Assembly (NCBI GenBank): GCA_964461715.1 | Contig: CAYWVR010000002.1 | Coordinates: 76,453-140,452 of the forward strand | DNA length: 64,000 bases | Source: an uncultured Anaerolineales bacterium | GTDB taxonomy: Bacteria; Planctomycetota; Phycisphaerae; FEN-1346 | Direction of reading: 5' to 3' | Part shown: positions 1 to 9,120 of the stretch, piece after piece | Layout of the letters: each line of letters opens with the position of its first letter | Position numbering within the stretch: the stretch's first letter is position 1 | Made by a program: the position numbers and the translations under genes | Notes under the pieces: generated by a model | The model's input: the letters and a program-made list of their open reading frames with translations, nothing else | What the model was told of the DNA's origin: nothing | Database searches by the model: none

Positions 1-1
1 C

Positions 2-91
2 CAGAGCCGGGCGCGGCGGAAGGGCTTCGGCTTGGCGCCCGAGGATTTGGCCAACGTGCGGGTCTCCGAGGACGGCCGGGCCGAAGCCTAA
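2..91 (+). CDS. 3' end of an unidentified upstream gene (partial, frame 2, ends TAA 89-91)
   Basis: Open frame from the window edge to TAA at 89-91, with 27 of 29 codons having G/C at the third position (typical of coding DNA in this genome). It is too short to assign a product. Confidence 0.3.
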   Translation, partial: QSRARRKGFGLAPEDLANVRVSEDGRAEA

Positions 92-211
92 GCCGCAAGC
101 CCCTGGCCCCCCTCTCCCTTGGCGGGACAGGGACGGGATGAGGGTGAGGCCGACCCAAGGCTCCCGTTCGCCCCCCCACCCTCCTGTGCGGAGGGAGAGG
201 GACGAAACGAC

Positions 212-1177
212 TTAGTCCCACTCCAGCGGATCGTACGGCGGCTCGGGGCCGTTGCACCCGTTCGGGTCCCTGTTCGGGTTCTCGGGCGGCGGGTTGTTCG
301 TGCCCGGCGGCAGGAACGGCCCCCCGGTGCCCGGCGGCAGCACCTGGTCGAGGTTCCGCCGGCTCGCCGCCTGAATCTCCTCCGGCGTGAACGTGTACGG
401 ATCCATGATCTGCAAGAGCTGCGTGAAGTACAGGTACTGGACCGGCAGCGTGCCCTGCCCGTCGGTCTGTTCGCCCGCCGCCAGCAGCGCCTGGCGCCCG
501 AGCTGGTTCAGCACCGCCAGCAGGCCCGAGTGCGTCAGGCCCGTCTGCGTCCCGAACATCTCGAAGTGCTCGACCTTGACCGTCCGCGTCCCGCGGACCG
601 AGAGGGTGGCCGAGGGCGTGACGATGGCGAAGTCGCTCTGAATCTTCCCTTCCTCAACCACCGACGACGTGTTGCCCTGCTTCATGTAGAGGCGCGTCCG
701 GACCGTGTCGCCCTCCTGCCGCAGCTCGCCGATCCGAACGAGCGTCAGCGGCTCGATCTGCACCAGGCTGTCCCGCATGTCCAGCGTACACAGCGACCGG
801 AACCCCGTCCGGAGGTCCGTGCCCTCGCCGTAGGATTGCCCGACCTCGACCTTCACCCACGCGGCCTCGGCCGACGGGCGGGCCTCCACGGTGCCCTGGA
901 CGGCCTGGACCGTGGCGATGAGGGCGTCGGCGTCGGGCGTCGCATCGGGCGCTTCGGCGGCGGGTCCCTCAGGCTCCGCCTCCTCGACGTCCGCGGCCTC
1001 TTCGAGCAGGTCCCGCTCGGCGGCCGGCTCGACCGGCACGTCCGCGACGAGGGCCTCGGGGGCCTCGGCCGCCGCGGGATTCCCGACCGCGGGCCCCGCC
1101 CGGCTCGCCGACACCGCGAGCGTCCACATCCCTGCGATCACCACCAGCGCGGCCCAACGAAATCGTCGGGGTCTCAT
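212..1177 (-). CDS. secreted hypothetical protein (N-terminal signal peptide, acidic Ala/Glu/Pro-rich linker, Pro-rich C-terminus)
   Basis: 321-aa ORF. The N-terminus MRPRRFRWAALVVIAGMWTLAVSASRAG is a classic signal peptide. The body is compositionally non-repetitive, and the start overlaps the upstream gene by ATGA. No family recognised. Confidence 0.55.
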   Translation of the reverse strand: MRPRRFRWAALVVIAGMWTLAVSASRAGPAVGNPAAAEAPEALVADVPVEPAAERDLLEEAADVEEAEPEGPAAEAPDATPDADALIATVQAVQGTVEARPSAEAAWVKVEVGQSYGEGTDLRTGFRSLCTLDMRDSLVQIEPLTLVRIGELRQEGDTVRTRLYMKQGNTSSVVEEGKIQSDFAIVTPSATLSVRGTRTVKVEHFEMFGTQTGLTHSGLLAVLNQLGRQALLAAGEQTDGQGTLPVQYLYFTQLLQIMDPYTFTPEEIQAASRRNLDQVLPPGTGGPFLPPGTNNPPPENPNRDPNGCNGPEPPYDPLEWD

Positions 1178-1767
1178 TGCTCCCCCCCAGCGGCCCCGCT
1201 CGGGTCGCCTTCCAGCTCGGGCAGCGATTCGCCGGCCTCCTTCAGGCGGAACCGGTCCGCCCGATCGATGATGCCGACCAGCTCGCCGCCGGTCACGTGC
1301 TTATATTCCGCCCCATTCGTCATAAGGTTCAGGTAGACGCACTCCCGGAGCGCATAGCGCGGCACAGGTCCGAAGAGGCGCATCCAGAGCCCGCCCCGGA
1401 TGCCGAGGGCGCGGCACAGGCAGGAGGCCAGGTGGCCCTTCTCGGTCGGGTCGTCCCCGGCCGCCGTCTCCAGCCACCCGCACGTGATGCCCCGGTCGCG
1501 GAGGTACTTCTTGTCGCCGACGAAGTCGCCGCCCGTCTCCGCCCCCTCGCTCACCAGGATCACCAGCGCCCGGGCCGTATCCGCCGCCGTCGCCGCGTCC
1601 TTGTACCCCAGCTCCGCGAAGAACTGGGCGTCGGACGCGACCTCGGCCTCGGCCGGGGCCGCGCGAGCCTCCTCGCCCTCCGCCCCCCACGCCGACCCGA
1701 CGGCCACCAGCACCGCCACCCGCACCGCCACCCGCATCGCCACCCGCATCGCCACCCGGACCTTCAT
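1174..1767 (-). CDS. secreted hypothetical protein
   Basis: Start chosen at MKVRVAMRVAMRVAVRVAVLVAVGSAWGAEG (signal peptide; residue 27 of the 223-aa track ORF). The C-terminal body is non-repetitive (…GITCGWLETAAGDDPTEKGHLASCLCRALG…). The signal-peptide region is encoded by a 12-bp tandem repeat. Confidence 0.5.
   Translation of the reverse strand: MKVRVAMRVAMRVAVRVAVLVAVGSAWGAEGEEARAAPAEAEVASDAQFFAELGYKDAATAADTARALVILVSEGAETGGDFVGDKKYLRDRGITCGWLETAAGDDPTEKGHLASCLCRALGIRGGLWMRLFGPVPRYALRECVYLNLMTNGAEYKHVTGGELVGIIDRADRFRLKEAGESLPELEGDPSGAAGGEQ
1711..1758. repeat. 4 x 12-bp tandem repeat (caccgccacccg / catcgccacccg) encoding the MRVAMRVAVRVAV stretch of a signal peptide on the minus strand
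   Basis: Read directly: caccgccacccg caccgccacccg catcgccacccg catcgccacccg. It is in frame, so copy-number change would lengthen or shorten the signal peptide h-region. Confidence 0.6.
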
Positions 1768-1876
1768 GCATCCCTCCCTTGCCCGCTTCGCGGGCGCACG
1801 GTCTCCCAGCCCCCCTATTCTAATCGACGATCGCCCCCCACGCAAGCCCGTGTTCCGCCCTCACTCCTTCCCTTCG

Positions 1877-2254
1877 TCATGCCTGCGCGACGTCGTCCGG
1901 GCCCCCCTGCTCGTCCCTCAAAGCGGCCATGGCTTCCTCAAGGGTCGCATAGAGATCAAAGAGGCGGTCCATGTGCGACACCTTGAGGACGCCGGCGACC
2001 TTGGAATGGAGGCGGGCGAAGGCGAGGCGCCCGCCGCGCACCGCGAAATGATGATGGACGCGGACCAGGGCCCCGAGGCCCCAGCTCGAGATATAGGTCA
2101 GTCCCTCGAGGTCCAGGAGCACCCGCCGGCGGCCCGTCTCCAGGAGCGCGTCCATCCGCTCGACGAACGGTCCGGTGTTCGTGTGATCGAGTCCCCCGTC
2201 GAGGGCCAGGTGGACGATGCCCCCCGGGCCGGGCGGACGCTCGTGAATCTGCAT
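1877..2254 (-). CDS. STAS-domain anti-sigma-factor antagonist (SpoIIAA-like)
   Basis: 125 aa. The segment …RVLLDLEGLTYISSWGLGALVRVHHHFAVRGGRLAFARLHSKVAGVLKVSHMDRLFDLYATLEEAMAAL matches the STAS/SpoIIAA fold signature (phosphorylatable Ser in the LTYISS context). Confidence 0.75.
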   Translation of the reverse strand: MQIHERPPGPGGIVHLALDGGLDHTNTGPFVERMDALLETGRRRVLLDLEGLTYISSWGLGALVRVHHHFAVRGGRLAFARLHSKVAGVLKVSHMDRLFDLYATLEEAMAALRDEQGGPDDVAQA

Positions 2255-2750
2255 GGCCGGGCTCCCGTTTCGGTGTGGCAGAGGCCATCGTAAGCGAGCC
2301 CGCGCCCCGGTTCAACGGCAAAGACGACGGCAGGGCCGCAGGACCGCGGACCTCCGACGGACGAAGGGACAGCCACGGCGACCGGCCAAGCCCACAACCT
2401 TTCGGCATGTCTCAGCGCACACCCCCTGCCTCGCGCGCCTCGCCGCCCCGCCGACCGCATCCATCCCCATGCGTTGATCCCAACGCGGCCCTGCGGTTCG
2501 CAGAGGTGCGGCGCGAACGTGCCCACGCCGAACCGCGTGGGCATGCCGCCCTGTTTTGCCTTTTGCGGCACCGATTTCGTTTTCCGCGTCACGCGGCACC
2601 CACGGGGCGGCCCGTTAGCGCGCAAGTTCGCGCAAGAAGGGGGGCAAAAGGTGCGAGTTGAGGTCGAGTTCCCCCCTCGTACCCCCCGAAAAGTTGCAGA
2701 AAGTGTGTCGCTTAGGGATACCCCGTGTGTCGATTTCCGCCAAATCGCCG

Positions 2751-2820
2751 CCCATCTTGCCTATCTTAACAGATTTGGAGCTGCGAAGGGGGGCTTCCCC
2801 CATTTTGCCTATCTTGACAC
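2751..2820. promoter_or_regulatory. pair of 19/20-identical direct repeats CAT(C/T)TTGCCTATCTT(A/G)ACA spaced ~50 bp, upstream of the fusA promoter
   Basis: Copy 1 is cccatcttgcctatcttaaca at 2751-2771 and copy 2 is cattttgcctatcttgacac at 2801-2820, in a locally AT-richer non-coding stretch. They look like paired operator or transcription-factor sites. Confidence 0.35.
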
Positions 2821-2932
2821 GCTTGATCGTCCCGGGCGGGGGCGGGGGGCACGCGTTCCGGACCTGCGGCACGGAGCGCGCGGTGGTCGGTCGGGGGCCT
2901 TGTGAAGAATGCGCATAAAGGTGGGCACACGC

Positions 2933-2960
2933 TTGACTTGGAGACCGAGGCGCGTATACT
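2933..2960 (+). promoter_or_regulatory. sigma70-type promoter (TTGACT - 16 bp - TATACT) for fusA
   Basis: TTGACT at 2933-2938, a 16-bp spacer, then TATACT at 2955-2960, about 140 bp upstream of the fusA ATG. It sits in a GC-poorer island. Confidence 0.55.
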
Positions 2961-3101
2961 GATAGGACTTTGACCCACCGCCACGGGCCCCCGTGCGGGG
3001 CCCTCCCCCGCAGGTTCGAGGAGCGGTCGGGGTGTCCGAGAGGCGCGCCCGCCGCTTCCTAAGGTGGGCTTGCCACACGAGTTACGCACGAGGACGGGAC
3101 G

Positions 3102-5189
3102 ATGACGAGTATCGGACGAATTCGAAATATCGGGATCAGCGCCCACATCGACTCGGGCAAAACCACCCTCAGCGAGCGGATGCTCTACTATGCCGGGCGA
3201 ATCCATCGCATGCAGGAGGTGCGCGGCGAGGGCGGCGGGGCGACCATGGATTACATGGACCTGGAGCGCGAGCGGGGGATCACCATCACCTCTGCAGCCA
3301 CTCAAATCGACTGGTCCGACCGCATATTCAATCTGATCGATACGCCCGGCCACGTCGACTTTACCGTCGAGGTGGAGCGGAGCCTGCGGGTCCTGGACGG
3401 GGCCGTGATGGTGCTCTGCGCGGTGGGGGGCGTGCAGAGCCAGTCGGTGACGGTGGACCGGCAGATGAAACGCTATCTTGTGCCTCGCTTGGCGTTCATC
3501 AACAAGATGGACCGCACGGGGGCCGACCCGGAGCGAGTGATCCAGGACCTGCAGGAGAAGCTCGGCCTGGCGGTGGCGCCCATCCAGATGCCCCTGGGCG
3601 TGGGCGAGGGTTTCCGCGGCGTCGTCGATCTGGTGACGATGGAGGCCGTGACGTTCGAGGGCCAAAGGGGCGAAAACGTGGTCCGAGGGGCCATTGCGGG
3701 CGATTTGGCGGATGAGGCCGAGGCGGCCCGCCACCACATGCTCGAAGCCCTGGCCATGCACGACGACGAGCTGATGGAGCTCCACCTCGAGGAGCAGCCC
3801 GTGCCGGAAGCCCTGGTGCGGCGGGTCCTTCGCGAAGCGACCGTCAACCGGGCCATTGTGCCCCTTCTCATGGGTTCGGCGTACAAGAACACGGGCGTTC
3901 AGCCGCTGATGGACGCCGTGGCGGAGTATTTGCCGAGTCCGCTGGATCGGACGAGTTTCGCCCGCGATCACGCCAACGAGGGCGCCGAAGTGCCTCTGGT
4001 GGCCGATCCGGACGCCCCGGCGGTGGCCATGGCCTTCAAGATCGTGGACGAATCGTTCGGGCAACTGAGCTACGCCCGGGTGTACCAGGGAACCTTGGCG
4101 AAGGGCGGTTCGTACCGCAACGCCCGGACGGGGGCCATGGTGCGGGTGGGTCGGATCGTGCGGATGCACGCCGACGACCGCGAGGACCTCGCCGAGGCGG
4201 GACCGGGCGACATCGTGGCCCTGGTGGGGGTCGAATGTGCCTCCGGCGATACGCTATGCGGCCCTGGAGTGAATTATTCACTGGAGAGCATCTTTGTGGC
4301 GAGCCCGGTGATCAGCTTTTCGATCACCCCCGCCTCCAACGACGATCAGGACCGCATGGCCAAGGCCCTGAACCGCTTCATGCGGGAGGACCCGACGTTC
4401 CGCGTCTCGACCGACCCGGAGACCGGCGAGACGGTCATCGCGGGCATGGGCGAACTGCACCTGGACGTGTACGTGGAGCGGATGCGGCGAGAATACCGGG
4501 CGTCGGTGCAAGTGGGGGCCCCCAGCGTCAGCTATCGCGAGGCCCCGACCACCGAATCGACGTTTGACCACCGTCACAAGAAGCAAACGGGCGGTTCGGG
4601 CCAGTTTGCCCACGTTCAGGGCCGCTTGGTGCCCCTTCCGGACGATGCCGAGGACCCCTACGAGTTCGAGGACAACATCCGCGGCGGGGCCATTCCGCGA
4701 GAGTTCATCCCCGCCGTCAGCAAGGGGTTCGCGGACGCCATGGCCGAAGGGCCGCTGGCGGGATACGAGATCGTCGGATGTAAGATGTGCCTCGACGACG
4801 GGTCGGCCCACGACGTGGATTCAAGCGAGATGGCCTTCCGGATTGCGGCCGTGGAGGCCTTCCGGCAGGCGTTCCGGGCCGCCAAACCGTGCCTCCAGGA
4901 GCCGATCATGGCCGTGGAGGTGGAATGTCCGCTGGAGGGCCAGGGCCCCGTCGTGGGCGACCTGAACAGCCGCCGGGGCATCATCCTGGCCACCGAGAAC
5001 CGCGGCGAGCACTGCGTCATCCGGGCCGAGGTACCCCTGGCGACGATGTTCGGCTACGCGACGGTCCTCCGGAGCCTCTCAAAGGGCATGGCGACCTTCT
5101 CGATGGAGATGGCACGGTACGCCCGCGTACCGGAGAAGATCGCCCGGGAAATCATCGCCCAGCGGCGGGCCGAGCGGGAGCGCGTGTAG
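3102..5189 (+). CDS. fusA: translation elongation factor G (EF-G)
   Basis: 695 aa. GTP-binding motifs are IGISAHIDSGKTT, DTPGHVDF and NKMD. There is full-length colinearity with EF-G (domains G', II, III, IV, V; …GAPSVSYREAP…HRHKKQTGGSGQFAHV…). Confidence 0.95.
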   Translation: MTSIGRIRNIGISAHIDSGKTTLSERMLYYAGRIHRMQEVRGEGGGATMDYMDLERERGITITSAATQIDWSDRIFNLIDTPGHVDFTVEVERSLRVLDGAVMVLCAVGGVQSQSVTVDRQMKRYLVPRLAFINKMDRTGADPERVIQDLQEKLGLAVAPIQMPLGVGEGFRGVVDLVTMEAVTFEGQRGENVVRGAIAGDLADEAEAARHHMLEALAMHDDELMELHLEEQPVPEALVRRVLREATVNRAIVPLLMGSAYKNTGVQPLMDAVAEYLPSPLDRTSFARDHANEGAEVPLVADPDAPAVAMAFKIVDESFGQLSYARVYQGTLAKGGSYRNARTGAMVRVGRIVRMHADDREDLAEAGPGDIVALVGVECASGDTLCGPGVNYSLESIFVASPVISFSITPASNDDQDRMAKALNRFMREDPTFRVSTDPETGETVIAGMGELHLDVYVERMRREYRASVQVGAPSVSYREAPTTESTFDHRHKKQTGGSGQFAHVQGRLVPLPDDAEDPYEFEDNIRGGAIPREFIPAVSKGFADAMAEGPLAGYEIVGCKMCLDDGSAHDVDSSEMAFRIAAVEAFRQAFRAAKPCLQEPIMAVEVECPLEGQGPVVGDLNSRRGIILATENRGEHCVIRAEVPLATMFGYATVLRSLSKGMATFSMEMARYARVPEKIAREIIAQRRAERERV

Positions 5190-5238
5190 GCTTCGCCCTG
5201 TCGACGGCAAACGCTCGCCGTCGGCTCGCGGCTGGACG

Positions 5239-7434
5239 CTAAACGGCGCTTTCGATGCCGGTGATCTCCCAGGAGCGTTCTTCGCCGCCCAGGGCTAATT
5301 CCACCGTGTCGCCCACGGATTTGCCCATGAAGGCGAGGCCGAGGGGCGTCCGGTAGTAGTAGACGCCCTTCTCGACGTCCGAGTCCCACGGGCCCAGGAA
5401 CAAGAGCCGCTCTTCTTGCCCCGTGACACGATTGCGGGCCGTGACGGCCGATCCGACCGAGACCGTGTCCCCGCCGCCCATCCCGGGACGCATGACGCGG
5501 GCCTTCGCAAGGCCCTCCTGCATGGAGTTGGCGCGTTCGGTGAGGCGATCGCGTTCCTCCAGGGCGGCGGTCCACTCGGCGTTCTCCGACAGGTCGCCGT
5601 GGGCGGCCGCGTCGCCGATGGCCTTCGAGTTGGCGGGCAGCTTGACGCGGATGAGCTCGTCGAGCTTCTCCCGGCGCTCCCGAAAGGCCTCCTCGGTGGT
5701 GTAGAGGATATCCTCTTCCCACGCCGGGAGGACCTTCTCGGCATAGAGGGAGGGGTGGGCGGCCCGCAGCAGCTCCAGGACCTTCATACGGGCCATGTCC
5801 GTGAGCCCCGCGTTCCGCTCCGTGGCGATCCGCAGGGCCCGGCCCTGGCCGACCTCGGTGTCCTTGACGACGGTCGCCAGGGCCGCATAGTCCCGGGCCG
5901 AGAGCACCCGCTGGACGTCGGAAGCGGCCGTGCGGGCCATGGGACCGGTCGTCTCGTCGCTCCGGGCGAGGGCGTCGGCGACGTTGAGCAGGGCGATGGC
6001 CAGGGCGACCTGCTCGGACGCATCCAGCTCGACCGTCGCCACAGGCCCCGTCGCGGCCTTCCAGAGCCACACCAGGGCCCCCGGGGCCTCCGTCGGCCGC
6101 GCCGGCGCCTCCCGGGCCGCCTCGGCCAAACGGGCGTCGTGGCCGGCGTCGGCAAGGGCGTCGGCGATCCACTCGGCGACCGCCTGAGAGGCCCCCGGCA
6201 GCGTCTGTGCGTAGGTTTCCGGCCATTCGTCCGACCGGCGGCGGACGAACTCGAGGATCGTGCGGACGATGCGGTCGCTGAGGAACGCGTCCGCGAGGGT
6301 CGCCACGCGGTCCGGGTCGGGCACCGGGTCGCCCTCTTCCGGCTCCTCGCCCAGCCTCTGCCGCACGGCCGCCCGGACGGCCCGAATGGCCAGCGAAAGG
6401 GCCTCGTCGAGGCCTGCGGGGCCTTCGGCCATCCGCGTGAGGGTCTCGTCGAAGTACGCCAGAGCGGCCCGTTCGCCCTCGCTCTCCTCGCCGTGCTCGG
6501 CCAAGTGGGCGAGGACGGCGTCGAGGCGGTCGACGGGCTCCTCGGTGGCCTCGAAATCCCGGCGGACCTGGTCCTCGAAGGCCAGGGGCCGATCCCGGAG
6601 GATGAGTTCCGGCTTCGTTCCCCCGGTCATCTCGAGCTGGGGCGAGCGTTTGAGGGCCGGGAGGGTGGATTTCCACCACTTCGGCCAGGCCCCCCGCGGG
6701 ATGATCGGCGCCAGGGCCCGCCGAAGGTCGTCATACGGCATCCGCGGGCCCGCCGAGACGAGCACGCGCCGCACCAGCTCCGCCGGATCGGATTCGGCCA
6801 GGGCGGCCAGCCGGTCGGCGTCGAAGGCCATGACGGCGGTGAAATCGTCCGCCGGGAGCTTCTCCAGGGCGTCCACGCCTCGCGCATCGTAGGTCTTGCC
6901 GCTCTCGCCGAAGGAAACCTCCAGGCCCGGCCGGTCGGGATCGACGCGGACCACACGTCCGGGGCTCTTGCGGCGGGGATCGCGGACGTAGGTGCCGGGG
7001 GGGAGGGCCAGGAGCTTCTCGATCTGCTCGACGGCCCCTTCGAGAGGCATGTCGGCCTTCCCGAACGTCATCGAAACGAGGATTTCGATGCCCTCGGCGT
7101 CCGCACAGGCGGCCCGGTAGACCTCAGCGGCCTGGTCGCGGAGGGTAGGCCGGTCGGGCAGCAGGTCGGCGCACCATCGGGCCAGGTCGCGGGCCTCGGC
7201 GGGTCCCTGCCGCTCCAGCGTCTCGGAGAGGAGATACCAAGCGAGCGATTCGAGTGGCCGGGCGGCCTCCTTTTCCGCCAGGATCCGCAGCACCGCCACG
7301 CAGGCCGAGGGCGGGACGGCGTCGGACTCCAAGGCCTCCAGCCAGGCGGCCTCCAGGTCGTCATAGGCTTCCTGCTCCGCCAGGGCCGCCAGCGGGGCCG
7401 CTTCGGTCGGAAGGTCGGTATCGGCGTCGCTCAT
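5239..7434 (-). CDS. GreA/GreB-family transcript-cleavage factor domain fused to a ~550-aa acidic N-terminal extension of unknown function
   Basis: The C-terminal ~160 aa (…EKLDELIRVKLPANSKAIGDAAAHGDLSENAEWTAALEERDRL…VSVGSAVTARNRVTGQEERLLFLGPWDSDVEKGVYYYRTPLGLAFMGKSVGDTVEL…) is a complete GreA coiled-coil plus FKBP-like domain. The N-terminal 550 aa is Asp/Glu/Ala/Leu-rich with no recognised domain. Confidence 0.75.
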   Translation of the reverse strand: MSDADTDLPTEAAPLAALAEQEAYDDLEAAWLEALESDAVPPSACVAVLRILAEKEAARPLESLAWYLLSETLERQGPAEARDLARWCADLLPDRPTLRDQAAEVYRAACADAEGIEILVSMTFGKADMPLEGAVEQIEKLLALPPGTYVRDPRRKSPGRVVRVDPDRPGLEVSFGESGKTYDARGVDALEKLPADDFTAVMAFDADRLAALAESDPAELVRRVLVSAGPRMPYDDLRRALAPIIPRGAWPKWWKSTLPALKRSPQLEMTGGTKPELILRDRPLAFEDQVRRDFEATEEPVDRLDAVLAHLAEHGEESEGERAALAYFDETLTRMAEGPAGLDEALSLAIRAVRAAVRQRLGEEPEEGDPVPDPDRVATLADAFLSDRIVRTILEFVRRRSDEWPETYAQTLPGASQAVAEWIADALADAGHDARLAEAAREAPARPTEAPGALVWLWKAATGPVATVELDASEQVALAIALLNVADALARSDETTGPMARTAASDVQRVLSARDYAALATVVKDTEVGQGRALRIATERNAGLTDMARMKVLELLRAAHPSLYAEKVLPAWEEDILYTTEEAFRERREKLDELIRVKLPANSKAIGDAAAHGDLSENAEWTAALEERDRLTERANSMQEGLAKARVMRPGMGGGDTVSVGSAVTARNRVTGQEERLLFLGPWDSDVEKGVYYYRTPLGLAFMGKSVGDTVELALGGEERSWEITGIESAV

Positions 7435-7550
7435 CGAGGGTCCTTGTCGTCAGGCCGGGCGGCGCGAGGCGGTGTCCCGGCGGGTTCGAGACAAGGAAGG
7501 ATATCATCCCGGCGGCCGAAGGCAAGGCCGCGCGGCGAAAGGAGGCGAAA

Positions 7551-8744
7551 TCAGGCCTCGTCGACGACTTTTCCGCCCCGGTACCGCGTCCCGCGCCACT
7601 CGATGGTGGCAAGGCCCAGGACCCGGGTCAGGGCCCCGAGCTGGAAGCCCATCGTGATCGTGACCGCCAGCGGATAGACGAGCAGGTACCACGGGTTGCC
7701 CCTGCCAAGGATGAACACACGACGCATGGTCACCGCGATGGCCAGGACCGTGGCCCCCGAGACGGCCAGGACCGCCCAGTCCATGGCCCCGCCCGCCCCG
7801 GCCGCCACCTGAAGCCCCGCCACGGCCAGGGCCACGAACGGGACGAGCGTGAAGAGGCACGTGAGGACCGTGGCCGCCAGGAGCATCATCGGCCGCTTGA
7901 AGGCCCCCGCATAGATCCGCGTCCAGCCCTGCCACATGCGGCCGAGGCTCGTGTACATACGGGTGGTGAAGAGGTCCACGCCGACGGCGTTCAGCAGGCG
8001 GTATCCGCCCCGCTTGACCACGCGGGCCAGGGCAATGTCCTCGACGATCTCGTCTCGGACCGCCCCGAACCCGCCGACGGCCTCGTATACGTTCCGCCGG
8101 ATGAGGATGTACTGGCCGTTCGCGAAGGCGGTGCGGCGGTTGGGATTGTTGACCCATTGCGGCCGGAACCACGCCACCAGCACCGATCCGGCCACCGGCT
8201 GGACGAGGTTCTCCCAGAACCCGTGCATCTCCAGAAGCGGCCAGAGACTGACCATGTCGCCTCCCCGCTCCAACGCGAGGCCCAGGCCGGCCCGGACGCT
8301 GTGGGGGTTCTGGCGGCAGTCCATGTCGACGAAAAGGAGCCATTCGCCTTGGGCCTCGGCCGCCCCCGTGTGCACGGCGTGAGGCTTGCCGAACCAGCCC
8401 TCCGGCAGCCGCTCGACCTGCACGAGCCGCACCCGCGGGTCCTCGGCGGCCACTTCGCGGACGATCTCGGGGGTTCGGTCGGCCGAGCGGTCATCGACGA
8501 CGATGACCTCCAGGGGGGCGTAATCCTGGGCAAGGACCGTCGCCAGGGCCGCCCGCACGTTCTCCTCCTCGTCCTTGGCGGGGATGACGACGGAAACGAG
8601 TTCTCGGTCCGTGAGGCCGGGGTAGGAATCCGCGCTCAGGACCGGTCCCCGGGCCGTCGGCGAATGGACCAGGTACCCGCGATAGAGCCAGACGAGCAGG
8701 AGGGCCGTGAGGATCGCCAGGGAGGCCGCCTCGAGCGCGATCAT
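7551..8744 (-). CDS. family-2 glycosyltransferase (membrane-bound, GT-A fold; HpnI/ceramide-glucosyltransferase-like)
   Basis: The segment VVIPAKDEEENV…LEVIVVDDRSADRT…GWFGKPHA…LFVDMDC carries the GT2 DXD and Q/RxxRW-type signatures, with hydrophobic N- and C-terminal segments. Confidence 0.8.
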   Translation of the reverse strand: MIALEAASLAILTALLLVWLYRGYLVHSPTARGPVLSADSYPGLTDRELVSVVIPAKDEEENVRAALATVLAQDYAPLEVIVVDDRSADRTPEIVREVAAEDPRVRLVQVERLPEGWFGKPHAVHTGAAEAQGEWLLFVDMDCRQNPHSVRAGLGLALERGGDMVSLWPLLEMHGFWENLVQPVAGSVLVAWFRPQWVNNPNRRTAFANGQYILIRRNVYEAVGGFGAVRDEIVEDIALARVVKRGGYRLLNAVGVDLFTTRMYTSLGRMWQGWTRIYAGAFKRPMMLLAATVLTCLFTLVPFVALAVAGLQVAAGAGGAMDWAVLAVSGATVLAIAVTMRRVFILGRGNPWYLLVYPLAVTITMGFQLGALTRVLGLATIEWRGTRYRGGKVVDEA

Positions 8745-9106
8745 GGCCCCTCCAGGGGCCTTCGGGGTCCCGTGCGGGCCCGAGCCCCGGCGACCGCCTT
8801 CTCCAGCATCGCCTGGTCCTCGGGGCTCCCGCGCTTCAGAATCCTGCCGACCTGGCGGATATTCTCGGGGTGGGTCCGGTTGTAGCGGACGTGCGGGATG
8901 CCCTCGGCGACCTCCAGGACGTTATCGCGGACGAGGTTCTCGCGGACGGGCGTGGGCCGCGGGTCCCATCGCCAGCCCACACTGACGCCCGTGTAGGGCA
9001 CGTGGCGGATCTCGTTGTGCACGACCCGCATCCGGGCCGCCAGACCCACCGAGACGCCCACGGCCCCGAAGAACTGCTGTCCGACCGTCTCCACAAGGCC
9101 CGGCAT
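8741..9106 (-). CDS. hypothetical protein (121 aa)
   Basis: ORF immediately downstream of the outer-membrane-barrel gene with a 4-nt overlap into the GT2 gene. G/C at codon third positions is high and in frame. Start set at the first ATG (MPGLVETVG…) after the upstream stop. No family assigned. Confidence 0.4.
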   Translation of the reverse strand: MPGLVETVGQQFFGAVGVSVGLAARMRVVHNEIRHVPYTGVSVGWRWDPRPTPVRENLVRDNVLEVAEGIPHVRYNRTHPENIRQVGRILKRGSPEDQAMLEKAVAGARARTGPRRPLEGP

Positions 9107-9120
9107 GGCCGTCTCCGCGG

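Noticed and set aside
2615-2872. 85-aa minus-strand ORF containing the repeated peptide VKIGKMG
   Set aside because: The repeat in the peptide merely reflects the 20-bp DNA direct repeats in a GC-poor non-coding promoter region. There is no RBS and no codon bias. Treated as regulatory DNA, not a gene.
2766-4169. 467-aa minus-strand ORF
   Set aside because: Antisense to the unambiguous fusA gene. The translation is Arg/His/Pro/Gly-rich low-complexity typical of the reverse frame of high-GC coding DNA.
5416-7677. 753-aa plus-strand ORF (and the 541-aa minus ORF 5054-6679, plus the 543-aa ORF 7254-8885)
   Set aside because: They overlap the GreA-fusion and GT2 genes on the opposite strand or in another frame. 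Translations are Gly/Arg/Pro-rich with no motifs; composition artefacts.
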